In this document: positions 48,035-57,000 of the stretch, one piece after another
Position numbering within the stretch: position 1 is the first letter of the stretch
Layout of the letters: the number at the start of each line of letters is the position of its first letter
IMG/VR virus record: IMGVR_UViG_3300017763_000003
Direction: 5' to 3' (one strand)
Length of the DNA stretch: 64,000 bases
Origin: a virus
Translations under genes and position numbers: made by a program
Notes under the pieces: generated by a model
Database searches by the model: none
The model's input: only the letters and a program-made list of their open reading frames with translations
What the model was told of the DNA's origin: nothing

Positions 48035-48460
48035 ATGGCAATATTAGTAATAACAACTCAATACATGGAGAACTATGATGTTGACGAGGTATCTGAAGAA
48101 GGATACTGGAAATATAAAGGTGGTCATGACTTCATTGTTAATGATGTTGATGTTAATAATATTGCGTCAGTGGTGGACGAGATTAGTCCTTTGATTACAT
48201 ATTCTAATAGCATGTCTAGAGAATATGTGATTGACTGGTCAGTAAAATCTGACGACTTCGTACCACAATATGAGAAATCACAAAAAGAATGGTATGATGG
48301 TACATTGTACCATGAGCCAAGACTCTTTAAGAATGAAGATGGTCATTGGATCAAGATCAGGAAATTTGATGGTGATCGTGGTGGATATGAATACCATGAT
48401 AACCTTAACACTGAAGAGGTTATTCACAAATATGAATATAAAAAGGAGAATGCTGCATGA
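48035..48460 (+). CDS. conserved phage hypothetical protein
   Basis: LVITTQYMENY…YWKYKGG. Confidence 0.65.
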   Translation: MAILVITTQYMENYDVDEVSEEGYWKYKGGHDFIVNDVDVNNIASVVDEISPLITYSNSMSREYVIDWSVKSDDFVPQYEKSQKEWYDGTLYHEPRLFKNEDGHWIKIRKFDGDRGGYEYHDNLNTEEVIHKYEYKKENAA

Positions 48461-48702
48461 TTGATGTACTTGATGAAATAAGATTTTGTAAATCTTTGCT
48501 TGGGAAAGACACCCCAATTGATATAGCGAAAAAGCTAAAGGCAAGGATTGCCGAGAAGGAACTGGAAATCCTAGCATTTGAACAGGCTCACATGAGTGAA
48601 ATGGATGCTAAGATATTACTAGAATCTAAGAGGATATTCACTGATACAGTGATAAGGGACTTGGCACCAAGCAGGAAAAAAGTTGCTAAATTGGCAAATT
48701 AG
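48457..48702 (+). CDS. hypothetical protein
   Basis: ATGA coupling. Confidence 0.55.
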   Translation: MIDVLDEIRFCKSLLGKDTPIDIAKKLKARIAEKELEILAFEQAHMSEMDAKILLESKRIFTDTVIRDLAPSRKKVAKLAN

Positions 48703-48705
48703 TGC

Positions 48706-48734
48706 TTGACTTTTAACTTAAAATAGGATAGAAT
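48706..48734 (+). promoter_or_regulatory. sigma70 promoter
   Basis: TTGACT-17-TAGAAT. Confidence 0.7.
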
Positions 48735-48744
48735 CACTTATATT

Positions 48745-49134
48745 ATGGCATTATTACCAGCATTTTACACCACTACTCGCATGAGTGGTAAATCTAAAGT
48801 AAAGAAAAAACCAGGATGGAAACAGCGACAAGCCAAGCATGATGCTTGGTTGCGTGAAAATGGTGTTCATCCTGACCAGCTAAAAGCTAGGAAAAAGGAG
48901 TTTGTACCATTGAAGATATCACAGGCTGAACAGGAAAGAGCGAAAGCTAGGGAAGATTATGATAAGAAGTATCCTTCAGTTTCTAATGGTATGCGTGGTA
49001 ATACAGCTAAGAAAGAGCCAATGGTATATACAGGTACATTGGTGAAAGGTATTGCTCAGATGCATAAATCTAATGCTGTACCGATTATTAATAAGGAGCA
49101 GGCAATTGATGTTGCCAAGATGAGACGAGGATGA
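48745..49134 (+). CDS. conserved T4-like basic protein
   Basis: YTGTLVKGIAQMHKSNAVP…AKMRR. Confidence 0.7.
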   Translation: MALLPAFYTTTRMSGKSKVKKKPGWKQRQAKHDAWLRENGVHPDQLKARKKEFVPLKISQAEQERAKAREDYDKKYPSVSNGMRGNTAKKEPMVYTGTLVKGIAQMHKSNAVPIINKEQAIDVAKMRRG

Positions 49135-49358
49135 ATACCGAAACTACAATATTACAGGTTCTATTGTATTCTGGGATATTATTATATCTTGGCTATACGA
49201 TGGGTAAACAAAACCACAGAGAGATTATCCGCAAAACAATTGATGGGTTAGCAAATAGTGGTTTTTTAAAATGGTATTGGAAGGATGGCGAAAAGGAGTT
49301 CGTAAAATGGAGGGATCCATATCCTGAAGATATGAAAATCGAGAATGAAAATGATTAA
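49131..49358 (+). CDS. small membrane protein
   Basis: N-terminal TM. Confidence 0.55.
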   Translation: MNTETTILQVLLYSGILLYLGYTMGKQNHREIIRKTIDGLANSGFLKWYWKDGEKEFVKWRDPYPEDMKIENEND

Positions 49359-49554
49359 AAAGTTTTTCACAACACTATGGGGACAACCAGATAAAGGCAT
49401 ACATAACGAGCCAGATCCAGATCCAGCTGAATTGTCCATTGATAACGCATATAAAACAAGATGGATCTGGTATCATACTATTTTAGGAATTGAATTGTTT
49501 TTGGTAAATGTATTGCTGATTGCTATTCTTGTCGTATTGGCTGTTAAATTATAA
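49345..49554 (+). CDS. small membrane protein
   Basis: IDNAYKTRWIWYHTILG plus TM. Confidence 0.6.
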   Translation: MKMIKKFFTTLWGQPDKGIHNEPDPDPAELSIDNAYKTRWIWYHTILGIELFLVNVLLIAILVVLAVKL

Positions 49555-49566
49555 AAGGAGTAAATT

Positions 49567-49890
49567 ATGGACCATGTTAAACTACAAAATCGTATCGCTC
49601 ACTGTGCTGTTCGTAGAGATATCGCAGGACTGAACGATGTTAAGCAGGATATGCTTACTGAACAAGAACGACTAGATCGTTGGTTCAACAAATATCTTCA
49701 TGTGGCAGGTGACCACTTGAATCCTGATAATCCAAATACCAAAGCATGGTCTTTGTATAATCTAAAAATGTCGGAGTATGGTAAGGTTGAGGATAGACTA
49801 ACAACTATCAACCATTATCTAAATAAATATAACAATAAAGAGAGAGTATATGAGCGAATCAGCAACGACGGATTTTCCTACTCTATTTGA
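49567..49890 (+). CDS. hypothetical protein
   Basis: SD AAGGAG. Confidence 0.6.
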   Translation: MDHVKLQNRIAHCAVRRDIAGLNDVKQDMLTEQERLDRWFNKYLHVAGDHLNPDNPNTKAWSLYNLKMSEYGKVEDRLTTINHYLNKYNNKERVYERISNDGFSYSI

Positions 49891-50101
49891 GAATAGTAAA
49901 TCTTTCTCTATGTATATAGAGAAAATGGTAAAGGAGAAAGCTGGGATATCTCATCTTGATGCTATACTTGAATATTGTAGCAAAGCAGAGATTGACCCAA
50001 AAGAATTAAAAGGATTAATTAGAGGTGCACTCAAAGACAAGTTAGAAGCCAACTATCAGGATTTAAATTTCTTGCCTAGAACTGCAAAGTTGGATGTATA
50101 A
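49850..50101 (+). CDS. gp33: late-transcription coactivator
   Basis: FS..IEK.V…LDAILEYC…LKDKLEA…LNFLP; synteny with gp59-gp32. Confidence 0.85.
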   Translation: MSESATTDFPTLFENSKSFSMYIEKMVKEKAGISHLDAILEYCSKAEIDPKELKGLIRGALKDKLEANYQDLNFLPRTAKLDV

Positions 50102-50719
50102 ATGGATGGATATCGTGTATATAAATTGTACATGGCACTTAAACTACACTTCCACAATAAGAAGTATGATGTTTTTACAAACCATGGAAGCATTCGTGGG
50201 TCTCGTGAAAAGTTTTACACGAGGAATGATGTTAAATTATTTGAGAGGTTAGGAGATGCGTATAAATCCGATCGTGATATTGTTGACTATTTTGTTTCTA
50301 ATTTCAGTTATGGTCATGACGCAACTCTATATTCCCGAATCACATCTGATTCCTATTATACCAACTGGTGTAGAGTCCGTGAAGCATTACATAGTACATT
50401 CAAGTCCGACCTTGATACTATTACATTACATTTAGAAAAGGAAAAGATGTCGGAAAAAGATTTATATAATTTTAATGGGATTATTCCTGAGTTGATGAAG
50501 ATGGTTCTTGGTGAACATGTTCATGTACAAACAGTTTGTATCCTAGATAAATTTAAAGGATTCTTTGAGAACTGGCACGACAAAGCAGGAGTTGCTTTTG
50601 AAGAAGATGTTCTCAGGATAACGAAGACGAAAGGATTCGTTAAGTTTGAAAAAAACAGATTTGCTGAGACATATAAGTCTTTCAATGATGATTTAATTGA
50701 ACTAAATACTAATGCTTGA
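50102..50719 (+). CDS. gp59: helicase loader
   Basis: YKLYMALKLHF…YD.F…F..RND. Confidence 0.88.
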   Translation: MDGYRVYKLYMALKLHFHNKKYDVFTNHGSIRGSREKFYTRNDVKLFERLGDAYKSDRDIVDYFVSNFSYGHDATLYSRITSDSYYTNWCRVREALHSTFKSDLDTITLHLEKEKMSEKDLYNFNGIIPELMKMVLGEHVHVQTVCILDKFKGFFENWHDKAGVAFEEDVLRITKTKGFVKFEKNRFAETYKSFNDDLIELNTNA

Positions 50720-50720
50720 T

Positions 50721-50749
50721 TTTACTTTTAAGAAAATATCAAGTAATAT
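50721..50749 (+). promoter_or_regulatory. sigma70-type promoter for gene 32
   Basis: TTTACT-17-TAATAT; CTAAATA also at 50702-50708. Confidence 0.6.
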
Positions 50750-50793
50750 TAAAACATACAACGCATATAAAGCATATTTAAGGAGTAAAAATT

Positions 50794-51717
50794 ATGGTTG
50801 ATTTAAACAGCTTGAAGTCGTCGTCTATGGCAGACTTCTCAAAAATATCTGGAGAGTTCGATAAAATCGCAAATCCCCAGACATCCCAAAAGCAAGGTCC
50901 AGATGAAAGATACTGGAAACTTGACCCAGATAAAGCAGGAAACGCAACAGCAGTTATTCGTTTTCTACCTCGTGTAGAAGGTGATGAGTTGCCTTGGATT
51001 CGTGTTTTTTCTCATGGCTTTCAGGGTCCAACTGGTAAATGGTATATTGAAAACAGTTTAACTACATTGGGTGAGAAAGACCCTGTGGGTGAATTGAATT
51101 CAAAGCTATGGAACAGTGGTTCTGAAGCTAATAAAGATATCGCTCGTAAACAAAAAAGACGATTGTCATATATTACTAATGTCTTGATTGTCAGCGATCC
51201 AAAACATCCCGAGAATGAAGGACAGGTCAGACTGTACAGGTTTGGTAAAAAAATCTTTGATAAAATCATGGAGAAAGCTAGACCTACATTTGAAGATGAA
51301 AAACCAGTAAATGTATTTGACTTATGGCAAGGAGCAGACTTCCGACTTCGTATGAAGAAAGTTGCTGGCTTCCCTAATTATGATGAAAGTCAATTTACTG
51401 ATGTGAAAGCAGTTCCAGGGTCTGATGAAGAGTTGGTTGGCATTGTTGAAAAACAGCATAAGCTATCTGAGTTCGTCGCACCAGACCAGTTCAAATCTTT
51501 TGAAGCACTTTCAAAAAGATTGATGGAAGTTCTTGAGGATGAAAACGCAGGATTGGGAACAGCAGAAGATGCAATTCTTGAAACTGTGGCAGCAGCACCT
51601 GCACCTAAGAGTGCTCCTGCACCTGAGCCAGTCGCAAAGGCTGAGCCAGCAGCACCTAGTGCTGAACAGGAAGAAGATGTAATGTCTTACTTCCAAAAAA
51701 TAGCAGACTCTGAGTAA
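50794..51717 (+). CDS. gp32: single-stranded DNA-binding protein
   Basis: AVIRFLP, HGFQGPTGKWYIENSLTT, FGKKIFDKI, NYDES, acidic tail. Confidence 0.96.
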   Translation: MVDLNSLKSSSMADFSKISGEFDKIANPQTSQKQGPDERYWKLDPDKAGNATAVIRFLPRVEGDELPWIRVFSHGFQGPTGKWYIENSLTTLGEKDPVGELNSKLWNSGSEANKDIARKQKRRLSYITNVLIVSDPKHPENEGQVRLYRFGKKIFDKIMEKARPTFEDEKPVNVFDLWQGADFRLRMKKVAGFPNYDESQFTDVKAVPGSDEELVGIVEKQHKLSEFVAPDQFKSFEALSKRLMEVLEDENAGLGTAEDAILETVAAAPAPKSAPAPEPVAKAEPAAPSAEQEEDVMSYFQKIADSE

Positions 51718-51735
51718 TACATTCAAAATCTGCGG

Positions 51736-51768
51736 AAAGGGGGACTTCGGTTCCCCTTTTCTTTTTTT
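51736..51768 (+). terminator. intrinsic terminator
   Basis: AAAGGGGGAC-TTCG-GTTCCCCTTT plus T-run. Confidence 0.85.
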
Positions 51769-51782
51769 ATGAAAGGAAAAAT

Positions 51783-52058
51783 ATGAAAGAATGGTTTGAT
51801 GTAATTATGGATCCCACAAAGAATGCTCTATCAGGATTAAATTTTCAAGTTAAGTTTATGTCTATGCAGATATTAGCTTGGTTATGGTCAGCAGTGTTTG
51901 GTATCTATATAATAGAAAGCATATATGCCTTTGGTATATCTGCTGCAGCACACGCATTACTAATTACAGCGACTGTATTGACTGCAATTTATTTTAAAGA
52001 AGTAAATAAAGAAAGGTACAGTCAAAGTCTAAGAGGTAAAGGTGGAGAACATGAGTAA
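51783..52058 (+). CDS. small 2-TM membrane protein
   Basis: MDPTKNAL…MQILAWLWSAVF. Confidence 0.65.
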   Translation: MKEWFDVIMDPTKNALSGLNFQVKFMSMQILAWLWSAVFGIYIIESIYAFGISAAAHALLITATVLTAIYFKEVNKERYSQSLRGKGGEHE

Positions 52059-52132
52059 GAAGGAAAGAATATTTTGGTTTATAATTGGACTCTTACCCTT
52101 TGTGGGTCTTTTTATAGCTTGGTACTTAGGAT

Positions 52133-52348
52133 ATGTCCCACTATAAAGACGACTTACATGTATTCACTGTATCTTTTATAGTGCTTCCTGATACTAAAAT
52201 GCAATACCAAGATGTTCATGAACATACTTATGGTGGTGCTGGAGAATTTATTAGAACACACTCAAAACAACACCAAGTAAAAAGTATTGCCTACAAAGAA
52301 TATTGGGGACCGAGTGGTTTGATTAATGGGGAGAGGAAGTTTCCTTAA
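52133..52348 (+). CDS. hypothetical protein
   Basis: Last + strand ORF before convergent gene. Confidence 0.45.
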   Translation: MSHYKDDLHVFTVSFIVLPDTKMQYQDVHEHTYGGAGEFIRTHSKQHQVKSIAYKEYWGPSGLINGERKFP

Positions 52349-54048
52349 CTTGCGTATTTCTGTCCAAACTGATACAGGTTATCGCCATTCTTAGTACTCT
52401 TAGGAAATTGTAAGCCAGTACTATTAGAATTGGTATTATTTGATACATTAGTATTATTCACAACAGTAGTATTACCACCACCACCAGCTAATCCTTCAGG
52501 AGTTAAATCTAACAATGGTCTACCATCCAGTGCCATGTCATTCTCAATACCTTTCCCCATGTCTTCTATACTGACACCATTAACAGTACTAATAGGTGTG
52601 AAGTTTAGTGCATCTGCATTTCTCTCATCGAAATCTTTTATCTTCTGTTCTGCGGAAGTTCCTTCACCAGCTGGTGCACCTTCACCACCTTCTACTTCTG
52701 TTTCGCCATCTCTGAATGGGAAAAATCCACCAAAGGATACTTCTGTACCAATAATTGGAATCTTAAATGAGAAAGCAGGAATACCAAAATTATCCATGAT
52801 AGTATCAAAGAAACTGTAAACCTTTTCTTTCAAACCATCAAAGCCAAATAATCCAGCTACAGCATCAAGTATATTCAAGAAGAACTTCGGTATGATTAAT
52901 ATTAAATCAAAGAAGAAGTCAGATATATTTTTGAATAATCCTTCGCCATCGGTATTGGTAAATATATTCATTAATGAATTAAATAATTCTAGGATGGGTC
53001 GTATTGGTGCCATGATTATATTTGTCATAAACTCTACAATATGAGATATGAAACCTGCTATACCATCTATTAGTTTACTGAACATACTGGCGAATGAGAA
53101 ACTATTAAGCATCTCTGCTGCTTTATCAAACCCAAACATACCAAGTACCCAAGCAACTGCTCCTTTAAGCATATCAAGTGGACCAAATATTAATGAGTTG
53201 AATAAACCTTTAACAGCTCCAGCGATACCACCTATAATACCACCTTCAGCGAAACCTGCTAATGCTCCTTTGATTGTATCAAATAAAGTGATAATAATTA
53301 ATAGTGGTAAAAATACCTTTGAAGCAACTTTGGCTACAGCACCAATCGCCTTACCAAAGGTTGATATTGATGTCATGATACCTCTGAAGAAACCACTTAT
53401 TCTACCAAAGATACTTACACCTGTTGAAACTGATTTGATTGCTCCCTTTAACATCTTACCCAACGCAATAAATGGTTGGAATAAAATAGATAAACCTTTC
53501 ATAAAGTTTTTTAATGCCTGAGGAGTTTTTCCTAATGCACTTGCACCACCTGATGATTTGAATAACCCAGTTAGTGGTTTAAGTAAATTAGAAAAACCTG
53601 TTCGTATGGCTGTACCGAAACCTTTAACAGTTCCAGTTAAACCTCTGAATAATGCTCTTATTTGTACTTGAAGTCTTGCAGGTGTGAATGCTTTTGCGAA
53701 TAGACCAATAGTTTTAAGTTGAGCAGCAATAAGACCGATTAGTGAACCAATAACAACAGCAAGGACTTTACCAAACTTGCCTAATTTACTGAACGCAGAT
53801 TCTTCTCCACCACCACCACCATCATCTTTCTCGGCTTTACCTGCCAATATTTCTAGATAACCAGCCATAGCTGTAAAGACTTTCATCTGCTCGCCAGTTT
53901 CTTCTTTACTGGGCATCATCTCTGCTATTTTATCACCAATAAGATTAGCCAACTCCTCGTTCTTAGGAGTAGCTTTCCTTCTATCTGGTAATGCGTCCTT
54001 ATCGGATGGAGTCTTTTTTACTCCTTTATCTTCTTGTGGTAGTGCCAT
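52345..54048 (-). CDS. tape-measure-like / baseplate hub protein
   Basis: Long Gly/Phe amphipathic helical repeats, Asn-rich C-terminus, position after gp26/gp51. Confidence 0.65.
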   Translation of the reverse strand: MALPQEDKGVKKTPSDKDALPDRRKATPKNEELANLIGDKIAEMMPSKEETGEQMKVFTAMAGYLEILAGKAEKDDGGGGGEESAFSKLGKFGKVLAVVIGSLIGLIAAQLKTIGLFAKAFTPARLQVQIRALFRGLTGTVKGFGTAIRTGFSNLLKPLTGLFKSSGGASALGKTPQALKNFMKGLSILFQPFIALGKMLKGAIKSVSTGVSIFGRISGFFRGIMTSISTFGKAIGAVAKVASKVFLPLLIIITLFDTIKGALAGFAEGGIIGGIAGAVKGLFNSLIFGPLDMLKGAVAWVLGMFGFDKAAEMLNSFSFASMFSKLIDGIAGFISHIVEFMTNIIMAPIRPILELFNSLMNIFTNTDGEGLFKNISDFFFDLILIIPKFFLNILDAVAGLFGFDGLKEKVYSFFDTIMDNFGIPAFSFKIPIIGTEVSFGGFFPFRDGETEVEGGEGAPAGEGTSAEQKIKDFDERNADALNFTPISTVNGVSIEDMGKGIENDMALDGRPLLDLTPEGLAGGGGNTTVVNNTNVSNNTNSNSTGLQFPKSTKNGDNLYQFGQKYAS

Positions 54049-54240
54049 CTAGTTTCTCATCTTTAACTTTTGTTGTTCGTGTTTAGCTTTTTCTTCCTCT
54101 AAGTGTTTATGAAGCATAGTCGTATATATCTCTCGCTCGAATGGATACATATTTTCCAGCTCAGTCAAGGAATATTTGTGATGTTGCATTAAAGCGAAGT
54201 TCGTCTTATAATGGTTCATCAACGACTCATGGCTGAGCAT
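54049..54240 (-). CDS. gp51: baseplate hub assembly protein (gp51-like)
   Basis: YKTNFALMQHHKYSLTELENM.PFEREIY. Confidence 0.8.
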   Translation of the reverse strand: MLSHESLMNHYKTNFALMQHHKYSLTELENMYPFEREIYTTMLHKHLEEEKAKHEQQKLKMRN

Positions 54241-54974
54241 TATCCAAAAAAATTCTGTAAACCCTCCAAAGTTCTCTGATGAACTTTGCCACAATTAGGA
54301 CAAGTATATTCAATTTTATGAGTCATCTTTGGCATATGCTCAAAGAAATCTCTTATCTTAGAAAACTGGTCAGAAGTAAGATTGTTAATAAAATCATTTA
54401 CTTCTTCAACAGATTGTTCTTGAATATAATGGAGTTCGTCTCCTTCATAAATAACTTCCATTGAATCCATTATAATATCAAATACTTTATCAGGATCGCT
54501 ATCTTGATTTAATCCTTGATATTTAATAATAGTTTCCAATGTAGGATACTTCATTACAACTCCTACATCTCCCCATAAGTCTATTCTTTTATTGTGTCCT
54601 TCTGGGAAAGTGACAGGTATCGAGGTAATATCTACCGATAATTTTACTTGAGCTTTGGGGTTGTCAACACAACCAGCTTCTTCATTATCGCATTTACCGA
54701 TTATCTCAACTATCTCACCTACAGATTTTCCTCTCATCTGAGCGAAACAATATTCTAGGTCGAAAGTTGCTAATCGTTTAACTTCTATTTCTTCTTGTAC
54801 ACAATTAGTAATTAATTCACGCAAGGTATTAACCATTGTCGTTTCATTTTCTGATTGCATAGCAAGCATCAATGCCTTTTCGTCTTTAACAACGAATGGT
54901 CTAAATTTTACTTCTTGACCAGTAGAAGGAATTGTGAGTGGATGTAAAGCACTCGCATGTTTAGGTAAAGCCAT
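54240..54974 (-). CDS. gp26: baseplate hub assembly chaperone (gp26-like)
   Basis: MALPK, FRPFVVKDEK, FDLEY…RGKSVGE, CPNCG, LEGLQNFF. Confidence 0.85.
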   Translation of the reverse strand: MALPKHASALHPLTIPSTGQEVKFRPFVVKDEKALMLAMQSENETTMVNTLRELITNCVQEEIEVKRLATFDLEYCFAQMRGKSVGEIVEIIGKCDNEEAGCVDNPKAQVKLSVDITSIPVTFPEGHNKRIDLWGDVGVVMKYPTLETIIKYQGLNQDSDPDKVFDIIMDSMEVIYEGDELHYIQEQSVEEVNDFINNLTSDQFSKIRDFFEHMPKMTHKIEYTCPNCGKVHQRTLEGLQNFFG

Positions 54975-55498
54975 TATTTGTCTCCTTCAATCGGGACATT
55001 CTTCATGTCCTTAATTAGTTTATTCAATTCAGTTGTTGAGCCAACATAGATAGAATTATTTTGAACTCCTGGAGCTCTCTCTTCTTTCTTGCCTTCTAAC
55101 TTCTGTTTTTGCTGATGTAAATCTAATAGCTGTTGATTTATGTCAGCTTGTTGTTTCATGAGATTGCCTACAACTTCAAACGCACGAGGGTGTTCTGATT
55201 GTTTAGCTATCTCTAATGCATGATTAAGTGCTTCTTGACCTTTGTTTAAAATCGTTAATAGATTTAAACGAGTAGTATCATAATCACTCTCAATCTTTGC
55301 TTCTTTCGGGTCATATCCCGACATTACATTTGCTGCATCATCTACAGCAGATGGTAATTCATTTGCCTTAGCAATTATATCTTGATGCCCAGGAAGTATA
55401 TCAGTTGGGCATGCTGCATCAGGATTATATACTGGTGTCCCATCAAATCCTGCTGGAAGGTCAAATACCTTGCCTAGTCCTTTATCAATTTTACTCAT
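54974..55498 (-). CDS. gp16: terminase small subunit
   Basis: DYDTTR.NL…SEHPRAFEV…NNSIYVGSTTEL. Confidence 0.8.
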   Translation of the reverse strand: MSKIDKGLGKVFDLPAGFDGTPVYNPDAACPTDILPGHQDIIAKANELPSAVDDAANVMSGYDPKEAKIESDYDTTRLNLLTILNKGQEALNHALEIAKQSEHPRAFEVVGNLMKQQADINQQLLDLHQQKQKLEGKKEERAPGVQNNSIYVGSTTELNKLIKDMKNVPIEGDK

Positions 55499-56238
55499 TA
55501 GTTCCTCTTACCAAATTTTCTTCGACCTCTGGCATTATTACCACCATAAGTCACATAGCCACCTGAATGGGTGACTGGGTTGCCTTTGCCATCTGTTACA
55601 ACATTTTGAGGTATATCCTCTTCAATTCTATCAATAATTCTTGGCTCTTGTCTAACACCTGTTGGTGGATCGCCAACTTCTGCTGGCAATTTACTCTTAG
55701 CATACTGAGCACCTCTCCAATATCTGTAGGAAAGTGAAACTCCAATCTTCATTGCATCTTTACCTTCAGCAGTTAGCTGTATAGGATTTAATGTTTTAGG
55801 ATATGCTTCATATAAAGTACATCCATAAATTTGTTTATCTGCTTTATCTAAAACAAATATAGTAATATCTTTTGTGTAGTTTTTATAATAGTTAAACTTT
55901 CTTGTGACTGGATCTATAATTTGTGATGTCCAGTTATCCCAATATGTTTTTACTTTCATTGGGCGATCTACATAAAACTCTAAGTTGATTGCTTCAAATA
56001 ATCTTTCATAAGGCATCTCTCTATATTCACCAAATGTTCTTGCTGGAGTGGTAGAGTTATTGATTCCTGGAAGTTGTGCTTGAGAGCAATACATTAATAA
56101 CATGCGTGACATGTCTGGACCTTCAAAATTAGGAAGGACAACAGCATATCTGTTTACTACAGCTAATCCCTCTTTCTTAACTTGAGAGGTAAAATCGTTG
56201 AGTGTAGTCTTTGGTGCTTCTTGAAAATTATCAGCCAT
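55498..56238 (-). CDS. tail tube-like protein (gp54/gp19 family)
   Basis: GLA..NRY.V, C..AQLPG, LYEAYPK; late promoter on minus strand at 56244-56250. Confidence 0.7.
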   Translation of the reverse strand: MADNFQEAPKTTLNDFTSQVKKEGLAVVNRYAVVLPNFEGPDMSRMLLMYCSQAQLPGINNSTTPARTFGEYREMPYERLFEAINLEFYVDRPMKVKTYWDNWTSQIIDPVTRKFNYYKNYTKDITIFVLDKADKQIYGCTLYEAYPKTLNPIQLTAEGKDAMKIGVSLSYRYWRGAQYAKSKLPAEVGDPPTGVRQEPRIIDRIEEDIPQNVVTDGKGNPVTHSGGYVTYGGNNARGRRKFGKRN

Positions 56239-56250
56239 ATAACTATTTAG

Positions 56251-57000
56251 TTAGATTCTTTTATATTCTATGTTGGGATCGCCAGTTATTTGCTCCATTT
56301 TATCGTAAGCAAGTCCTGGAGGGATGTCTAAATATCTCCTATCAAAGTCAATCAGGAGTATTAGTCGGTGTTCGAAGGAATAATTATGAGCAGAATGAGT
56401 ATATTGATTATTAAAACCGAAGCAATCAGACCAATCCACCTCTGAACCATTTACCTCTAAGAATATATCTCCCTTGGGTATATGTAGTGGTATATGTACT
56501 CTCAGGTGATGTCCACGACGATTCTCAGGTCCAGTATGCCTATGTATTACCGAATCCTTTACTAATATGCTATAATTAGCGATAGGAACGACTTCTTCAT
56601 ACTGCTTTAATATCTTATTTGCTGTAGGATACTGGGGTCTGGCTTTCTCTCCTTCTGTATCACGATATATTGTAGAGGGTGGTTGGTATTTTAAATATAC
56701 ATTTTGCCATGCGTCTAGCTTTGCTGGTTTCTTATCTTTACTACCTGAAGCATGACCCATACTATCCCTACTCATTACAGGCACAGCTTTATTATCTAAC
56801 ACCCATTGTAATTTTTTATCCATGCTCCACTTTTCATCTAAGTGACCAACGAGGTCATTTATTAGATTATCTTTCTGAGCAGATAACTCATCAAATATAT
56901 TATCTAACTTAGGATACTCTCCTCGTTTAAATATCTTTTGTTCTTGTATTTCTCGTAGTCTTTGTTTTGGTATTTCTGACCACCATGGCAAATTAATCAT
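56251..57000 (-). CDS. aspartyl/asparaginyl beta-hydroxylase family oxygenase
   Basis: IHRHTGPEN…LRVHIPL…FNNQYTHSAHN…RLILLID. Confidence 0.8.
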   Translation of the reverse strand: MINLPWWSEIPKQRLREIQEQKIFKRGEYPKLDNIFDELSAQKDNLINDLVGHLDEKWSMDKKLQWVLDNKAVPVMSRDSMGHASGSKDKKPAKLDAWQNVYLKYQPPSTIYRDTEGEKARPQYPTANKILKQYEEVVPIANYSILVKDSVIHRHTGPENRRGHHLRVHIPLHIPKGDIFLEVNGSEVDWSDCFGFNNQYTHSAHNYSFEHRLILLIDFDRRYLDIPPGLAYDKMEQITGDPNIEYKRI

